Positions 15,855-29,803 are shown, counted from the stretch's first letter. The stretch is 64,000 nt of DNA from Octopus vulgaris (GCA_951406725.2 OX597818.1:89032001-89096000), one strand, 5' to 3'. Program-made: numbers and translations. The notes: generated from the sequence alone by a model not told the origin.

Positions 15855-16439
15855 AAAGCTCTCCGTCTTCACTGTTTTGCTAATTCACTTCTTTATCACA
15901 ATGTCTCAAGTAAGCTATAATGATTTTCAATGAAAATTATATTTCATAAAGTTTAAAGTATAAACAAGGGGGAACAAGGAAGAATTTTCTTTTCTTTCAC
16001 AATTTCTAATGAATCTCCTCTTTTGGATGTGTCTGCCTACTCGGGTGAAAAGCGACATCAAAGCAAAACGTGGTTTTAGAAACAAAATGTCCATTGATGA
16101 AATTATATTTAAATTTCATAATCTAAGCATCAATTAACAACTGAAATTTACAATGATTTCTTTGAACAATATTCAGAATTATGAAAGAATTGGTTAATGT
16201 TTGCTTCAAAGATTGATTTAATTGAATCAGGAAAAATTTCTAAGTGATGGATCATTTATTGAAAAAAAATACGAAACAAATCTACGAACGGAAAAGTCGA
16301 GTTAAATATTAAAGAAAATTTATCTCAGACAGAACAATTTATTGTAAACTATACTAAAAATAATACGACAGAAGTTAATGATTTATATATAATGTATGGT
16401 GGAAACTGAGAAACTAAGAAGATGCAGCATTGTGTTGAG

Positions 16440-16675
16440 GTGCAGCCGTGGCCCTGTGGTAAGGAGTTTACTTCTCAACAACATGGTTTTGATTTCAGCC
16501 TTGTACAAGTATTTTCTGCTATAGCCTCAGGCTGATCGAAGTTTTGTGAGTCGATTTGGTAGACGCAAACTGAAAGAAACCCCATCGTATATCTGTGCTA
16601 GTATGTGTATGTGTGCGTGTGTGTATGTGTGTGTGTGTATGTGTATGTGTGTGCGTGCGTGTGTGTGTGTGTGTG

Positions 16676-16765
<90 letters not shown>

Positions 16766-16952
16766 GACAACCGGTTCTTGTTTGTTTACATCCCCGAAAT
16801 TTGACGCCTCCTCAAAAAGAAAACGATAGAATCTGTACTAGAGATTTTTTTTCCTTAAATGAGTAGTGAGGTCGATTTGTTCGACGAAACCCTTCAAGGC
16901 AGTACTCCAAAATGGCCCCATCGAATGACTGAAACATGTAAAAGATAAAAGA
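16440..16952 (+). mobile_element. SINE family C with expanded internal (GT)n
   Basis: Head, AAACTGAAAGAAACCCATCGTAT, (GT)n and a 3' GACTGAAACATGTAAAAGATAAAAGA tail. Confidence 0.85.
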
Positions 16953-17204
16953 TTGACCAGTTTCTATACAAGAGCTGAAAAGAGGGTGTCAGCGACGTAC
17001 AATAAACCGAATAACTAACAACCATTATCACAGTGCAGTATTCTTTACTATGCTTCGTAAATCTCAAACGGCAAAACTCACTAACACCAATCTAACTTTA
17101 TGTGCCTTACCTCCAGAATGTCAATGAGCCTGTATCTCTACTCACTCCACCCACAACCAAGTTTGTCATGAGACAAACTTTCTGAAACTCGGTATTAAGG
17201 CCAT

Positions 17205-19824
17205 CATAGGACAACAACAAAAAACAACACAGGTAAATGGTGCTATACTAAACTAGATCGAATACGCTGATTCCGAATCTGAACTCAGAATTGCTGTAGC
17301 ATGTCAGGATCTTTAGTTATGTGCATAATTATATATTGATAATATATTAGAATCAGGAATAGTTAAGTTCAAGGTAAATATTTATTATGATAGTATATTA
17401 GTACAGTATACAGTATATTTATGTTCAAGACAAATAGTATTGTAATTTAATGGTATATATATTTATGTTAAGGGAATACTCAGTGTATTTTTGATATGCT
17501 CAGCTCAGAAATGTTTGAGACATTCGCTCTTGTGCTTATGCGTCGTGCTGGTCTCCTGTTGTAGGAACCAGCAGTAGTCAGCCATCATGTGTGGATTGAA
17601 CCGGCCTTGATACCTCGTTTCCATCTTAATTATGTCCTGGTGGAACATCTTACCATACTCATCACTAACGGCACCAAGATTCGTTGGAAAAGAATCGAGA
17701 TGAGAATACAAGTTATTGCATTTTAAGGGACATTCGGCATTCCATTCTTTCATACGCTGTTAGCATGTTTATTAAATCAGCATAGTTTTCAACTCTGTGA
17801 TTTCCAAGAAAGTTCTGTACAACTAATACGAATGAATCCCATGCCGTTAGCTCAACTAGATTCAGTTTCCTCCGAATTTGCTATCAGATACCAATTCTCT
17901 GATCGCAGGTCCAATGAAAATGCCTGCTTTCAGTTTTATGTCACTTTTCTCTGCATCAAATTTTATTTTTAGGTACTAGAAGCCACAACCATCGTATTTC
18001 ATTGCTTTTACGAAGTTTTTCATGAGGCCAAGTTTGAGGTTAGTTAGTTAATTAGTTGAGGTGAAGGGGTTAAAGGAAGATCTTTTGCGGGTCTACCAGT
18101 AGCATATGCTGCACATTGTATCTACCAACTATGCGCTCTTCTCTTTTAGGCCAGTCTTTTACAGTGTAATATTGCTGTTGTCACTGCTGTTCCAAACACA
18201 GAAGAATCACTTATTTTAGGTATATCCCTACTGAAGTCTTAGGAGGAGGGAAATCACCTTTAAATCCCCACAAATATTCCACTTATGAACTGAGTAATTA
18301 AAACCTTGTAGAATGAGTTCCATCGATTTATAAGTTTCTTCCATACGGACAACATGACGCACAGGAATGGAAAGTTTTTCATTACCATTATGTAACAACA
18401 CAACTTTGAGACTAACCTTACTCGAGTCTATAAACATTCTCCATTCGTTAGCCCCATGCACGCGTCCAAGTTTTTGCATGAGTGTATTAATGTCAGTACA
18501 GAAATAAGCATTATTTTCTTGCTTGAAAAGGACAGATAAGCCATCATGGCGAGAACGGAAAATGGAAATTTTTGTACCTTGCTGTAGCCTGGATCCCAAA
18601 ACTTTTGCCTTCTCCTTAGACAATGCTAGGTCTCTTACTAAATCGTTCAAATCTTCTTGATTAAACAAGCGTGGCTCATTTTTCTTAGAATCAAGTACGT
18701 ACTCTTCGTTGATAGGAGAATCAGCGGGGATCCATCGTACGACGCGTCAAAGTCTTCAAGTCAATCATATGAGATGGGAACTGGGACAGAGTTCTCAAGT
18801 CATGTGGGACCGGTTTTAGAGTCAACTCACAATTTGCATATACAATTTTTGCGTTGGTCTTCTTTGAGAAACCACTAATATTAGTCATGCAAAAGTAACA
18901 ATCAGAGACATGATTGGTTGGCTCACGCCACACCATTGGTACAGCAAAAAGCATTCCCTTCCGTTTTCCATTCAGCCACAGTGTAAGTCCTGAGTAACAC
19001 ATGGTGTAGCATATATGAGGTGTCCACCTCTTGTCTTGGTCCCCAACTTTACACCCGAAATAATATTTGGAGGCATTTTTTAAAATTTGGTGGCAAAGTT
19101 CTTCCGCCGGTGACGCGTGGCAAATTTTCCACAGACATAACAAAAGTTGTCTGGGTGATTCACACAGCTGCTCCTATTCATGATCTAACACAGTGAACAC
19201 AGTTAAAACAGTAATCACGCAGAGCGAGAGATACCACACGTGACGGCAGCGCAAACGACACTGAGAGTTACCAAGGCGGCGAGCTGGCAGAAACGATAGC
19301 ACGCCGGGCGAAATGCTTAGCCGTATTTCGTTTACCGCTACGTTCTGAGTTCAAATTCCGCCGAGGTCGACTTTGCCTTTCATCCTTTCGGGGTCGATAA
19401 ATTAAGTACCAGTTACGCACTGGGGTCGATGTAATCGACTTAATCCTTTGTCTCTCATTGTTTGTCCCCTCTATGTTTAGCCCCTTGTGGGCAATAAAGA
19501 AATAAGAAATAAGAACAAATTGACGTATTAGGCATTACACAGAATACGTCAGCGCCATCTATTGCTAAACTAAATAATGGACATTCTCGTCGTTTGTTTC
19601 ATTGCTGTTATTTCTTTAATTTTGAATTAAGACCACTTTCTTTTTAGAAAATTGTATAATATGGACTATATCTAGCCGAAAGTATAGTTATAATTTTTCG
19701 CATGCGCATAACTCAAAATCCTGACATGCTAGGACAATTCTGAGTATGGATTTGAAATCAGTATCCTTGATTTAGTCTAAAACACATGCTTTTACCCCAG
19801 TAACAAAATATTTGTTGTCCAGTG
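17205..19824 (-). mobile_element. Chapaev3-type (CMC) DNA transposon, near full length, pseudogenised transposase
   Basis: CVNHPDNFCYVCG, GDQDKRWTPHIC, PMVWREPTNHVSDCYFC, FNQEDLNDLVRDLALSK, MFIDSSKVSLKVVLLHNGN, SHLDSFPTNLGAVSDEYG..FHQDI..RYQG..MMADYCW. Imperfect ~120-bp TIRs ending ..TTGTTGTCCAGTG. Confidence 0.88.
19274..19513 (+). mobile_element. SINE family B monomer nested in the Chapaev element
   Basis: GGCGGCGAGCTGGCAGAAACG head through to the (AAATAAG)n tail. Confidence 0.92.
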
Positions 19825-20771
19825 TTATCTGTGTCGTCCCTAATTTCTTCCTTTTACTTTTCCGGTTATCAATGAGTTCTCAAAGTTATTTCTTCTCATA
19901 CAGTGACGAATGAACTTAGTCTCTTATCGTCTTATGCTGTTTAGAGACGTTCTGTTTGTCTTACCTCGTCTAAGGACCTGGGCGTTTGTCACTTTAATTG
20001 CTTGGAACAGTCTCTCTATAAAGTAACACATCGCTGCATCATTGTCAAACCTGCTTCCATGATACTAAACCATACGCAAGATCAGTTCCAATATATCCTG
20101 TCAACATTCATTGGTATGGTATTGTGCCATGAAATATAAGAACCGAATAGATGCTAGCCTGATAATGTATAAAAAGCTTTTGTCGACATGAAGCCGTATA
20201 GAACACCTACATAACAGAGATTTGTCGTCTGCTTCTTAACAAATGATCTACGTCTGTGCATTATCAGTGTGCACATACATGTCACCAAGTTTATGAGTGT
20301 ATGTATGTATTCATATATGTGTATTTATGAATACATACTTGTGTATTTATGTATACATATGTATGTGTTTATGAATATGCGTGCGTGTATGAACATGAAT
20401 ATATTTTGTAAGTCTGTGTACGCATGTGTGTGAATGCGTGTGTGTGAATCTGTGTGTGTATGTGTGTCCGTGTGTGTGTGTGTGTGTTCTCTTCGAGGTC
20501 TGGCCAGGGTCCAAATTGGCGTCACAAGTTTACATGACCTACAGTGAATGCGAGAATATGACGGTTGTTGGAATAGGGTGGGAATGGTCGTTTTCTAAAT
20601 TGTCTGTGATGATGGTGCGTCGTAGTCGTCGTCGTCGTCGTAGTAGTAGTAGTAGTAGTAGTAATTAAGGTAGTGGTGATGATGTTGTGGTGGAAGTTGT
20701 AGTAGTCGTAGTGGGGGTACGGCGGCGGTAGTGGTGATGGTCGCGGTGGTGGTAGTGGTGGTTGTGGTGGT

Positions 20772-20828
<57 letters not shown>

Positions 20829-21298
20829 CTGGTGGTGGTGGTGGTGGTAGTGGTGGTGGTAGTAGTAGTAGTTATGACATCGATAATGGTACGGTGAGAG
20901 GATGTATCGGTGTCTGGCTATCATGAACAATGCGATGCTGTAAGTAGCTGTAGCGGTGGTGGTGGTGGTGGTGATGATGATAGTGATAGTGATGGTGGTA
21001 GTGATAACCAGTATATGTGCGTGTGTGTGTATGTGAGCGAGTGCGTCTGATGTGATGGAGTGGAGTTGTGATGGGGGAGTTAGGTAGAAGTAATCAACTA
21101 AATTAATGTCTATTTACATCCAGAGTTTGATCAATAATTAACAAATACTTATTTAGCAGAAATTTTGCTGTTCTTTGATTGCAATACTGAGCTTCAATCA
21201 CTCGTCTGTGCTCTTCTCTCTAAATATGAAAACGTGTGCCAAAGTTAGAAACTACTCTCACCACCACCACCACCACTACTACTACTACTATTAATAAT

Positions 21299-21840
21299 AG
21301 CTGGCAGAAACGTTAGCACGCCGGGCGAAATGCTTTGCGGTATTTCGTCTGCCGCTACGTTCTGAGTTCAAATTCCGCCGAGGTCGACTTTGCCTTTCAT
21401 CCTTTCGGGGTCGATAAATTAAGTACGAGTTACGCACTGGGGTCGATGTAATCAACTTGATCCGTTTGTCTGTCCTTGTTTGTCCCCTCTATGTTTAGCC
21501 CCTTGTGGGTAGTAAAGAAAAAGATATTTCGTCCGCCGCTGAGTTCTGAGTTCGAATTCTGCCGAGGTCGACTTTGCCTTTCATCTTCTCGGGGTCGATA
21601 TAATTGACTTAATCCGTTTGTCTGTCCTTGTTTGTCCTCTCTGTGTTTAGCCCCTTGTGGGTAGTGAAGAAATAAGTATTTTGTCTGTCTTTACGTTCTG
21701 AGTTCAAATTCCGCCGAGCTCGACTTTGCCTTACATCCTTTCGGGGTCGATAGATTAAGTACCAGTTGTGTACTGGGGTCGATCTAATCGACTGGCCCCC
21801 CTCCCCACAAATTTCGGGCCTTGTGCCTAGAGTAGAAAAA
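21299..21840 (+). mobile_element. SINE family B, trimer
   Basis: Three tandem cores, with units 2 and 3 restarting at the (G)GTATTTCGTC position. Confidence 0.9.
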
Positions 21841-21845
21841 ATTCT

Positions 21846-22590
21846 TATTACTATTATTATTTCATTTATTGGCCACCAGAGCCGACATATAGGGGACAAT
21901 ACAGCAGACATGGACAGCGGGGATTTTGCACAAAACGAGTACACTATTAAAACAATAGCGATGATATCAAAGTGAAAGAATATAAAATTGAAAGTTCGCC
22001 AATAGGGTGGGATAACCGTCTGGAGTTGGCTCAGGCACCTCACCAATACTGAACCACTCGACGCTTCGAGGGTATCCGGGAAGGACACCCTTCTCCCTCT
22101 CTAGCCTACAAACGCATTATTTCAGTAGGTTCACTCACACGAGCCATTTTCGCTACATTCACCCACCTTTTAGCAAATGTACTTCTCCCTCCACTCTCAT
22201 CTTCCTTCCCAAATGAAATTTGAAACAGTTAATGAGGGATTGGCCGAAGAGAAAAGAGTCCGTCTTCAGTTCTTTCAACCTGGTCCACCGTACAAATTCT
22301 TTCGCTACTGCTAACAGACAGAGGAAAATTGCTTGCTCTTCCGGACCGATGGAAGGCGGCGGATCGATCTTCACTCTGGACTCGGCCGATAGCCGGATCC
22401 GTCCTACTCGTGATAACAGCTGTTCAACATAACTGCACAAGTCAGTAATGCAAGAACAATGGACGAATGCGTGCAGAACCGTTTCGTCGCTCTGATTGCA
22501 TCTCGGCAGGTCTGTCTGACAGCACTTCCTTGCCTGTAGAGTTTATCTCGAACCGGCAGTGACCCTCGATAGCACTGCCAAGCTAGGGAT
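21846..22590 (-). mobile_element. Tx1/L1-clade LINE, 5'-truncated (ORF2 C-terminal zinc finger + 3' UTR)
   Basis: LAWQCYRGSLPVRDKL..RCNQSDETVLHAFVHC..LLAVAKEFVRWTR. The 3' end is GGCCAATAAATGAAATAATAAT. Confidence 0.85.
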
Positions 22591-22654
22591 TATGGGCCTA
22601 AAGTTACCTTGTGTGTCCTTCTGGTTTTCGTCTTTCCTTATCAGCGTCACTACG

Positions 22655-23147
22655 CCACTTGCTAAAATCAGAACCAAGACTCCAAAATCACCATAAACTC
22701 ACAATAAAGGTACACACGAACAATGCAATGAACACATTAGAAATAGGCTTACCTTTGCGTTGAATACATCAGTAAGTAATGCATATTTCAATAGCAATTG
22801 ATTTCACCTTCTGTATAACCAACATACTCTAGGAACTTCAGCTGAAAATAACATTTTTAACATCTCTTTCTAAAATATTCACTTCATTAGCTCGTGTGCG
22901 TTCCTTACGAGCTAATGTAATGAATATTTTAGAAATATATGTTAAAATGTTATTTTCAACGGAAGATCCCAGAGTATGTTGGTTATACAGAGGGTGAAAT
23001 CAATTGGTATTGAAATATAGATTACTTACTGATGTATTCAACGCAAAGATAAGCCTATTTCTCATATGTTCATTGCATTGCTCGTGTGTATCTTTATTGT
23101 GACCTTATGGTGGTTTGGGAGCCTTGGCTCTGATTTCAACAAGTAGT
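22655..23147. repeat. Long palindrome (~240-bp arms) derived from a Penelope-like 3' end
   Basis: Arms pair throughout (e.g. CTGTATAACCAACATACTCT/AGAGTATGTTGGTTATACAG). The arm translates NILE...RVCWLYRG*NQLVLKY...VFNAKISLFLICSLH. Confidence 0.9.
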
Positions 23148-23260
23148 ATTATATACCCTACTGAATCTAAATTTGCCTTATCTTGTGGCTGTAACGGTGT
23201 GCACTTGCTGGTCACCTTATTATTACCTTATTAATACCATTAATAGCGGTAATAATACAT

Positions 23261-23314
<54 letters not shown>

Positions 23315-23315
<1 letters not shown>

Positions 23316-23495
23316 AGATCGCTAGACACTACATATTCTTTATTTTCTCTCCTTGTTTCTTTCTGTGTTCCTTTCTGTGGAAGAGCGTAGGCTCGAAACG
23401 TTAAAGACTTCTTCACTTCCCGATCGTTATACTAATACATCTGTTTGTTGTCTACACCACCTGTCTTCGTCTTTTGATCTTTTTTTTGAATTCTC

Positions 23496-23500
<5 letters not shown>
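23315..23500 (+). mobile_element. Solo pLTR-like repeat in (TA)n with a hammerhead-like motif
   Basis: Homolog of 11000-11205, with (TA)n on both sides. Confidence 0.75.
23371..23406 (+). ncRNA. Minimal type I hammerhead-like motif (variant core)
   Basis: cttt CTGTGGA a gagc gtag gctc GAAA cg TT aaag. Confidence 0.6.
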
Positions 23501-23534
<34 letters not shown>

Positions 23535-23649
23535 ATATATAGTATTGAGGGCATATAATATAAATAAATATATTTAAGAGAATTTTTTCTCTTATGAGGT
23601 TTTTCACGCTAACTACTTGATAAATTCTTAGAGTTTATCCTATTTTTAA

Positions 23650-23749
<100 letters not shown>

Positions 23750-24995
23750 CATACAAACATACACATACATACATATATATAGATACATAGATATATGCAT
23801 ATATATATATGTGCAGGGATAGAGAGAGATTGAGAGAGAGAGAGAAGAGCAGGCATGGTTTCGGGTTCAATCCCATTGAGTTGCATCTTAGGCAAGTGTC
23901 TTCTCCTAAGTCCCAGGCCGACCAAACCCATGTGAATGGATTGACAAAACGTAACCTCAGTTGTAATAACTCAGAAGGAAAGAAAGAGATAACTTCAACA
24001 AATCAAAACGTAATTCTTTAAATGGATTTATTTCCTTGTTCAAAGTATAGTCAGATATTTGTTTGTAAGCAAAGGATAACTATGGAAAATAACTGTGGAA
24101 ATACTGCTCAGACTAATTCATGATCTCATCAATACCCGCACGTAATTTCCTTTTTTCTTTTGTTTATATTTTTACTTACAAGAAAAGGAGCTTGCTATTT
24201 TTCGCTGGGAATAATTTAGATTATAAATACTTTTCTTTATGTAAATACATAAAAAAACAAGCGTTATGTGCAGGCATGGTAAAACTGTACAATGGTAACA
24301 ATGCTGACGAGGTCATAAATTACACTGGGACATGTGTTCATAGTTTTTTTTTTTTCTTCCTTTGCCTGCAAACAAAGATCAGGCTGCAATTTCACAAGCA
24401 TGTAAATCCACCCTTGGAATTATTATCGATCATGATATTATTGCCACCTCTTCCGTTAGAGATCCTTACAACTGCTGTTAAGCTTTTGTCTCATGACTCT
24501 GACTCAGACACGAAACTTCATTAAATTCAGAATTTATTGGTATGAGCCATTCTTCACTTTCACTTATTTCTCATATATCCCTTTTAGGTTAAATTATACA
24601 TACACGCAACACTCACACATGTATAAACATACAGCATATTTGGAAATCTTTATTCTCCTTTTTTTTTTTTTAGGAACAGGTGGATATATTGATGAACAGG
24701 CAAGGGTGTTGGGGAGCATAAACTTTAAAGCTGTAGTTGAGAAAAAATTAGCTGACATGGAGGACTGAAATCCATTTGAATATTGGAAAACAATTACCTA
24801 TATCATGATGATTCGCGCTGAGTATGAAAATACCGACCTCATGACTGTTGCTCATTGCTCTCTGTAAACACTGTAAAGGCTGTAAGACGTGACATGGGCG
24901 GCTGCAATAGAGACTGAAAAGAAGAACAAACATGAAAAAACAACAACGCGAGGACGTGGTACAGGTACAGACACTCCAGCAAGGAAAGAAAGAGG

Positions 24996-25030
24996 ATTTA
25001 ACGTTTCGAGCAAAGCTCTTTTTCAGAAAT
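24996..25030 (-). ncRNA. Minimal type I hammerhead-like motif (G8->A)
   Basis: Minus strand: attt CTGAAAA a gagc ttt gctc GAAA cg TT aaat. Confidence 0.6.
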
Positions 25031-25103
25031 AGATGGAAGTCCAAAAGAAGGGAAGACGGAGGAAAAAATTGCCAACGATTCACACGTTAGTTACATTTTG
25101 AAA

Positions 25104-25167
<64 letters not shown>

Positions 25168-25170
<3 letters not shown>

Positions 25171-25331
25171 GACTGGCTTCTTTCAGTTTCCGTCTATCAA
25201 ATCCACTCACATGGCTCCGGTCGGTCCGAGGCTATAGTAGAAGACACTTGCCCAAGGTTCCACGCAACGGGACTGAACCCGGAACTATGTGGTTGGGAAT
25301 CAAACTTATTACCACATAGCCACGCCCATGC

Positions 25332-25332
<1 letters not shown>
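25168..25332 (-). mobile_element. SINE family C, 5' half
   Basis: Matches the family C head and body. Confidence 0.85.
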
Positions 25333-25421
<89 letters not shown>

Positions 25422-25799
25422 GGGACAAGAATGCAAAACATCCAGACAGTTAGGTGATACAAAAAAAGGGACAACAAAACTTCCATATAGACGATACAAA
25501 GAAAACAAGGACGGGTCATTTGGAGTTTTCTTTCCGCAGTCGAGTTCAAGATTATCTTTGAAATTTTGGCTGGTTATACTCGGGATTGCTCTAATCTGGC
25601 AAGCCCTTAGGAAAAACTAAGCTAAGAGCATTAGATTCCTTGGAAGAAAGCAGCGAATGTATACGATAACAAGGACGGAAAAAAATACAGAGAAGGTTAC
25701 ACAAATACAAATAACAGGACATAACAACAGGTCTCTTTCGACTGGGAATGAATTAAATTAAGCTGGCGTGTGTGGAAGTAAAGCCTTACGGCAGGGATA

Positions 25800-26216
25800 C
25801 AATGAGTTTTTATTCATGGAAGATGGGGCTCCATGCCACACAGCGAAAAGGAATCAACAATGGTTGACTGAAAATGGGATCAAAAAGATTCTTTAGCCGA
25901 GCCAATTTCCTGACATGAACCTAACTGTAAATCTTTGGAGCATACTAGATAGAGCTATACGAAAACCTTGACAGAAACCTGAATCCAAAGATGAATTGTT
26001 TCTATTGTTGCGTGAAAAGTGGGCAGAAATTCCACAAGAGACAACCACAAAGCTCATCAGTTCAATGCCAGAAAGATTCTCTGAATTAAAAACTGCAAAG
26101 GGAATGTCAACTAAATACTAAAGTATGTAGTCCTGCCTATCGATTACATTTCAATTGTTCGCTTTGCGTATTAAATAAAAGATCTTGAAAATTAATGATA
26201 TCTATTTACTTCCTGT
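25800..26216 (+). mobile_element. Tc1-like transposon, 3' fragment
   Basis: MEDGAPCHTAK..QWL..PSQFPDMNLTVNLWSIL..LISSMPERF..AKGMSTKY*, ending ..CCTG-TA. Confidence 0.85.
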
Positions 26217-26357
26217 ATGTCTGTATATATATATATTTATACACACACACACATACATATATGACACATGGAGGTGGAAATAGCACAGACGTAAGTTTAA
26301 GACATTTCAATTTAAGAAAGAATTTAATAAAATGACTTTCTAAAATTATATAAAGAA

Positions 26358-26397
26358 GATATCACCGGTTTCGATTAATCTTATCTTATCAAATATC
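26358..26397 (-). ncRNA. Decayed hammerhead-like motif
   Basis: Minus strand: gatat TTGATAA gat aagatta atc GAAA ccgg TG atatc, with three core deviations. Confidence 0.45.
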
Positions 26398-26542
26398 AGT
26401 AAAAATTAATAAAAAATTTGAAATTTCTGTCTGAGAGTCAAGAACATGTCTGTGCTATTTCCACCTCGATCTTTTATATGTAAAAATTGGATTTTGAACA
26501 ATATATTATCTTTTTATAATATATATCTATATATAATCTTTT

Positions 26543-26582
<40 letters not shown>

Positions 26583-27602
26583 GTTACAAGAGTTAAGAAA
26601 TGGAGGTAATGAGATAATGAATAAGAGGCTAAACTGATAATATTTATTTTTGTCTTTGCCGTATTGTATATGTATATGGTATATGGTTTTACATGTGATG
26701 TGCCAAATGTACGTGTGTATATTTACGGTAATGTAAGGTGCGATAATTTTTATTACACAAAACTTGTAATCCTTTACAAAATACCTTAATCTTTACATTC
26801 TTTCACAATTCCGCGACAGATAGTCGCTGATGTCAATGTCTGTTCCTAAAACAAATAAATGGATAAATAAATTGATATTAGTCTAAGCAACGTTGACAAC
26901 ATCTATGTTGACGATGACGAAATCAAAATTGACAACGTAATCGCGACTGACAATAATGAAACTGAGGCTGACGATGACGAATGTGCGATTGACGTTGACG
27001 AGAATGAAATTGATAATGTCGATTTTGAAGTGGGAACCAATAGTATATTATATTACGGCTATTACGACCAACGGTCACTTTCACGATTACAGCCAACGAT
27101 TCTAGTCAACGCACAAGACAGCCATTATGCCCCCCCCCAACAAAACACCACCACGTGGACTCTGTTGAGACTAGTAAGAGACAATTATGAACTTTTTATT
27201 ACACTTAACTTTTAAAAATATTTTTGATAAGGTTCGTTTTTTCATGTAAAATCTCTAAGAAAATTAAAATTCATCTTATATAGTGGCGTTTTCAAACTTC
27301 TGTTTCATAAATATATACCCACTCGTATGCCACCTACACTTTTTCTAAATATATTATATCATATATTGTTTTCCCTTCAAGCACCTTCAACATTTGGTGA
27401 CGTATGGTATGTCTTGGGAATTTAAACACGTCAGAACCCATTTCCATCCAGATCTAGACACAAACGAGTTCTTTCATATATAAAGATAGAAAAGGCCAGT
27501 GAATAAAGCTATCGGGCCCGAAGTCATGGGTAACAAATTTAATCTCGCCAGGATTTGAACGATTCACCGCCTTGTCTTACACATTGAATAATTCTGCATA
27601 TT

Positions 27603-28145
<543 letters not shown>

Positions 28146-29222
28146 ATATATGCATTTCTGCGTTACAACGTTTTATGCATATTATGTGTTGATGTGTTAC
28201 GTCTTAGGTTGCAACTTACTTAAGATTTTGTAATAATCTCATGGTTTTGTTTTGATTCAATATAGAGGAACATATATAAATGTACTTAGCATGTGTGTGT
28301 GTGTTTGCGCCCGCGCGTGTGTTTAAAATGTAACGTAGTTTAGATGGCTGGTACAGTGGTACGGAGTGAAATATAGATATGAAATGGTGTTGAGTGATTG
28401 CAATATTTTTCTTTCTCTCCTTCGTGTGAATGTTAGTTTATGACAACAGAATACCATATTTCATATAAAATGTTTGGTTTCTTCCTTCCTTCCGTCATAG
28501 ACTACAAAGAGTTTGGAACATTGCCAAGTTAGTGTCAGCGTTTTCTCTGTGTAGGTAATCTAATTGATTTCGTTCAGTGTATATTTGCAGATGATATTAA
28601 ACTTGACTGCCAAAAATATGAAAAAAATAAAAATAATAAAAAATTAAATTGCTCATAACGCTTTTGGTTAGTGAAGAATAAAAAAAAATCTTATGAAAGA
28701 AATATGAGCGAACCTTTAAGAAATTATTAGAAAAAAATCTATATTTACCAATTATTATACTTATCCAAGAAACATTTCACACAAACCAGTTAAAATTATG
28801 TAACCCTGGTGAAATTTATATCTAAGACTGGTAAAAAAAAATCTATAATGAAGCATATTCTGGCATAACAACAAATGGCATCTATTCGTAGATTAATCTT
28901 TCCTCAAAACAGAACCTTTGTCAAGCAAGTGTTTCGAAGCTGATATGGTGTGGTCGTGTATTTTCCGTTAAGCCTCTAAATACTGAAGCATCTGCAGACA
29001 TCTCATGTGATTGTGACGTCATTCTAATGTCGCGATATAAATTGGAATTAATTTATCAGTTAGAAATACTTATCCGCTTCCCACGCAATGAATTTATCAA
29101 TGTTTGTTTCAAGAACTCAACTGAAGGTCTTATGCAGGAATAAAGAAGACAGTCTAGTAACTTTGGTACGTCTCTTTCATTACAAAATCTTAAATTGTTT
29201 CCCCTATAAAGTATATATATAT

Positions 29223-29803
29223 AGGCGCAGGAGTGGCTATGTGGTAAGTAGCCTGCTTACCAACCACATGTTTCCGGGTTTGGTCCTCTTGCGTGGCATC
29301 TTGGGCAAGTGTCTTCTACTATAGCCTCAGGCTGAAAAAAAGCCTTGTGGGTAGATTTGGTAGGCGGAAACTGAAAGAAGTCCATCGTATATATACTCTT
29401 TTACTCTTTTACTTGTTTCAGTCATTTGACTGCGGCCATGCTGGAGCACCACCTTTAGTCGAGCAAATCGACCCCAGAACATATTCTTTGTAAGCCTAAT
29501 ACTTATTTTATCTGTCACTTTTGCCGAACCGCTAAGTTACAGGGACGTAAACACACCAGCATCGGTTGTCAAGCGATGTTGGGGGACAATCACAGACACA
29601 CAAACATACACACATACATACATATATACGACGGGCTTCTTTCAGTTTCCGTCTACCAAATCCACTCGCAAGGCTTTGGTTGACTCGAGGCTACAGTAGA
29701 AGATACTTACCCAAGCTGCCACACAGTGGGACTGGACCCGGAACTATGTGGTTGGTAAGGAAGCTACTTACCACACAGCCACTCCTGCGCCTTTCAGACA
29801 CAC

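Noticed and set aside
19965-20065. Possible minus-strand exon ending GAG|GTAAGA
   Set aside because: Weak acceptor and no recognisable peptide.
26870-27045. Acidic open frame (DDDEIKIDN..)
   Set aside because: Low-complexity GAC/GAT-derived sequence without clear splice sites or a recognisable domain.
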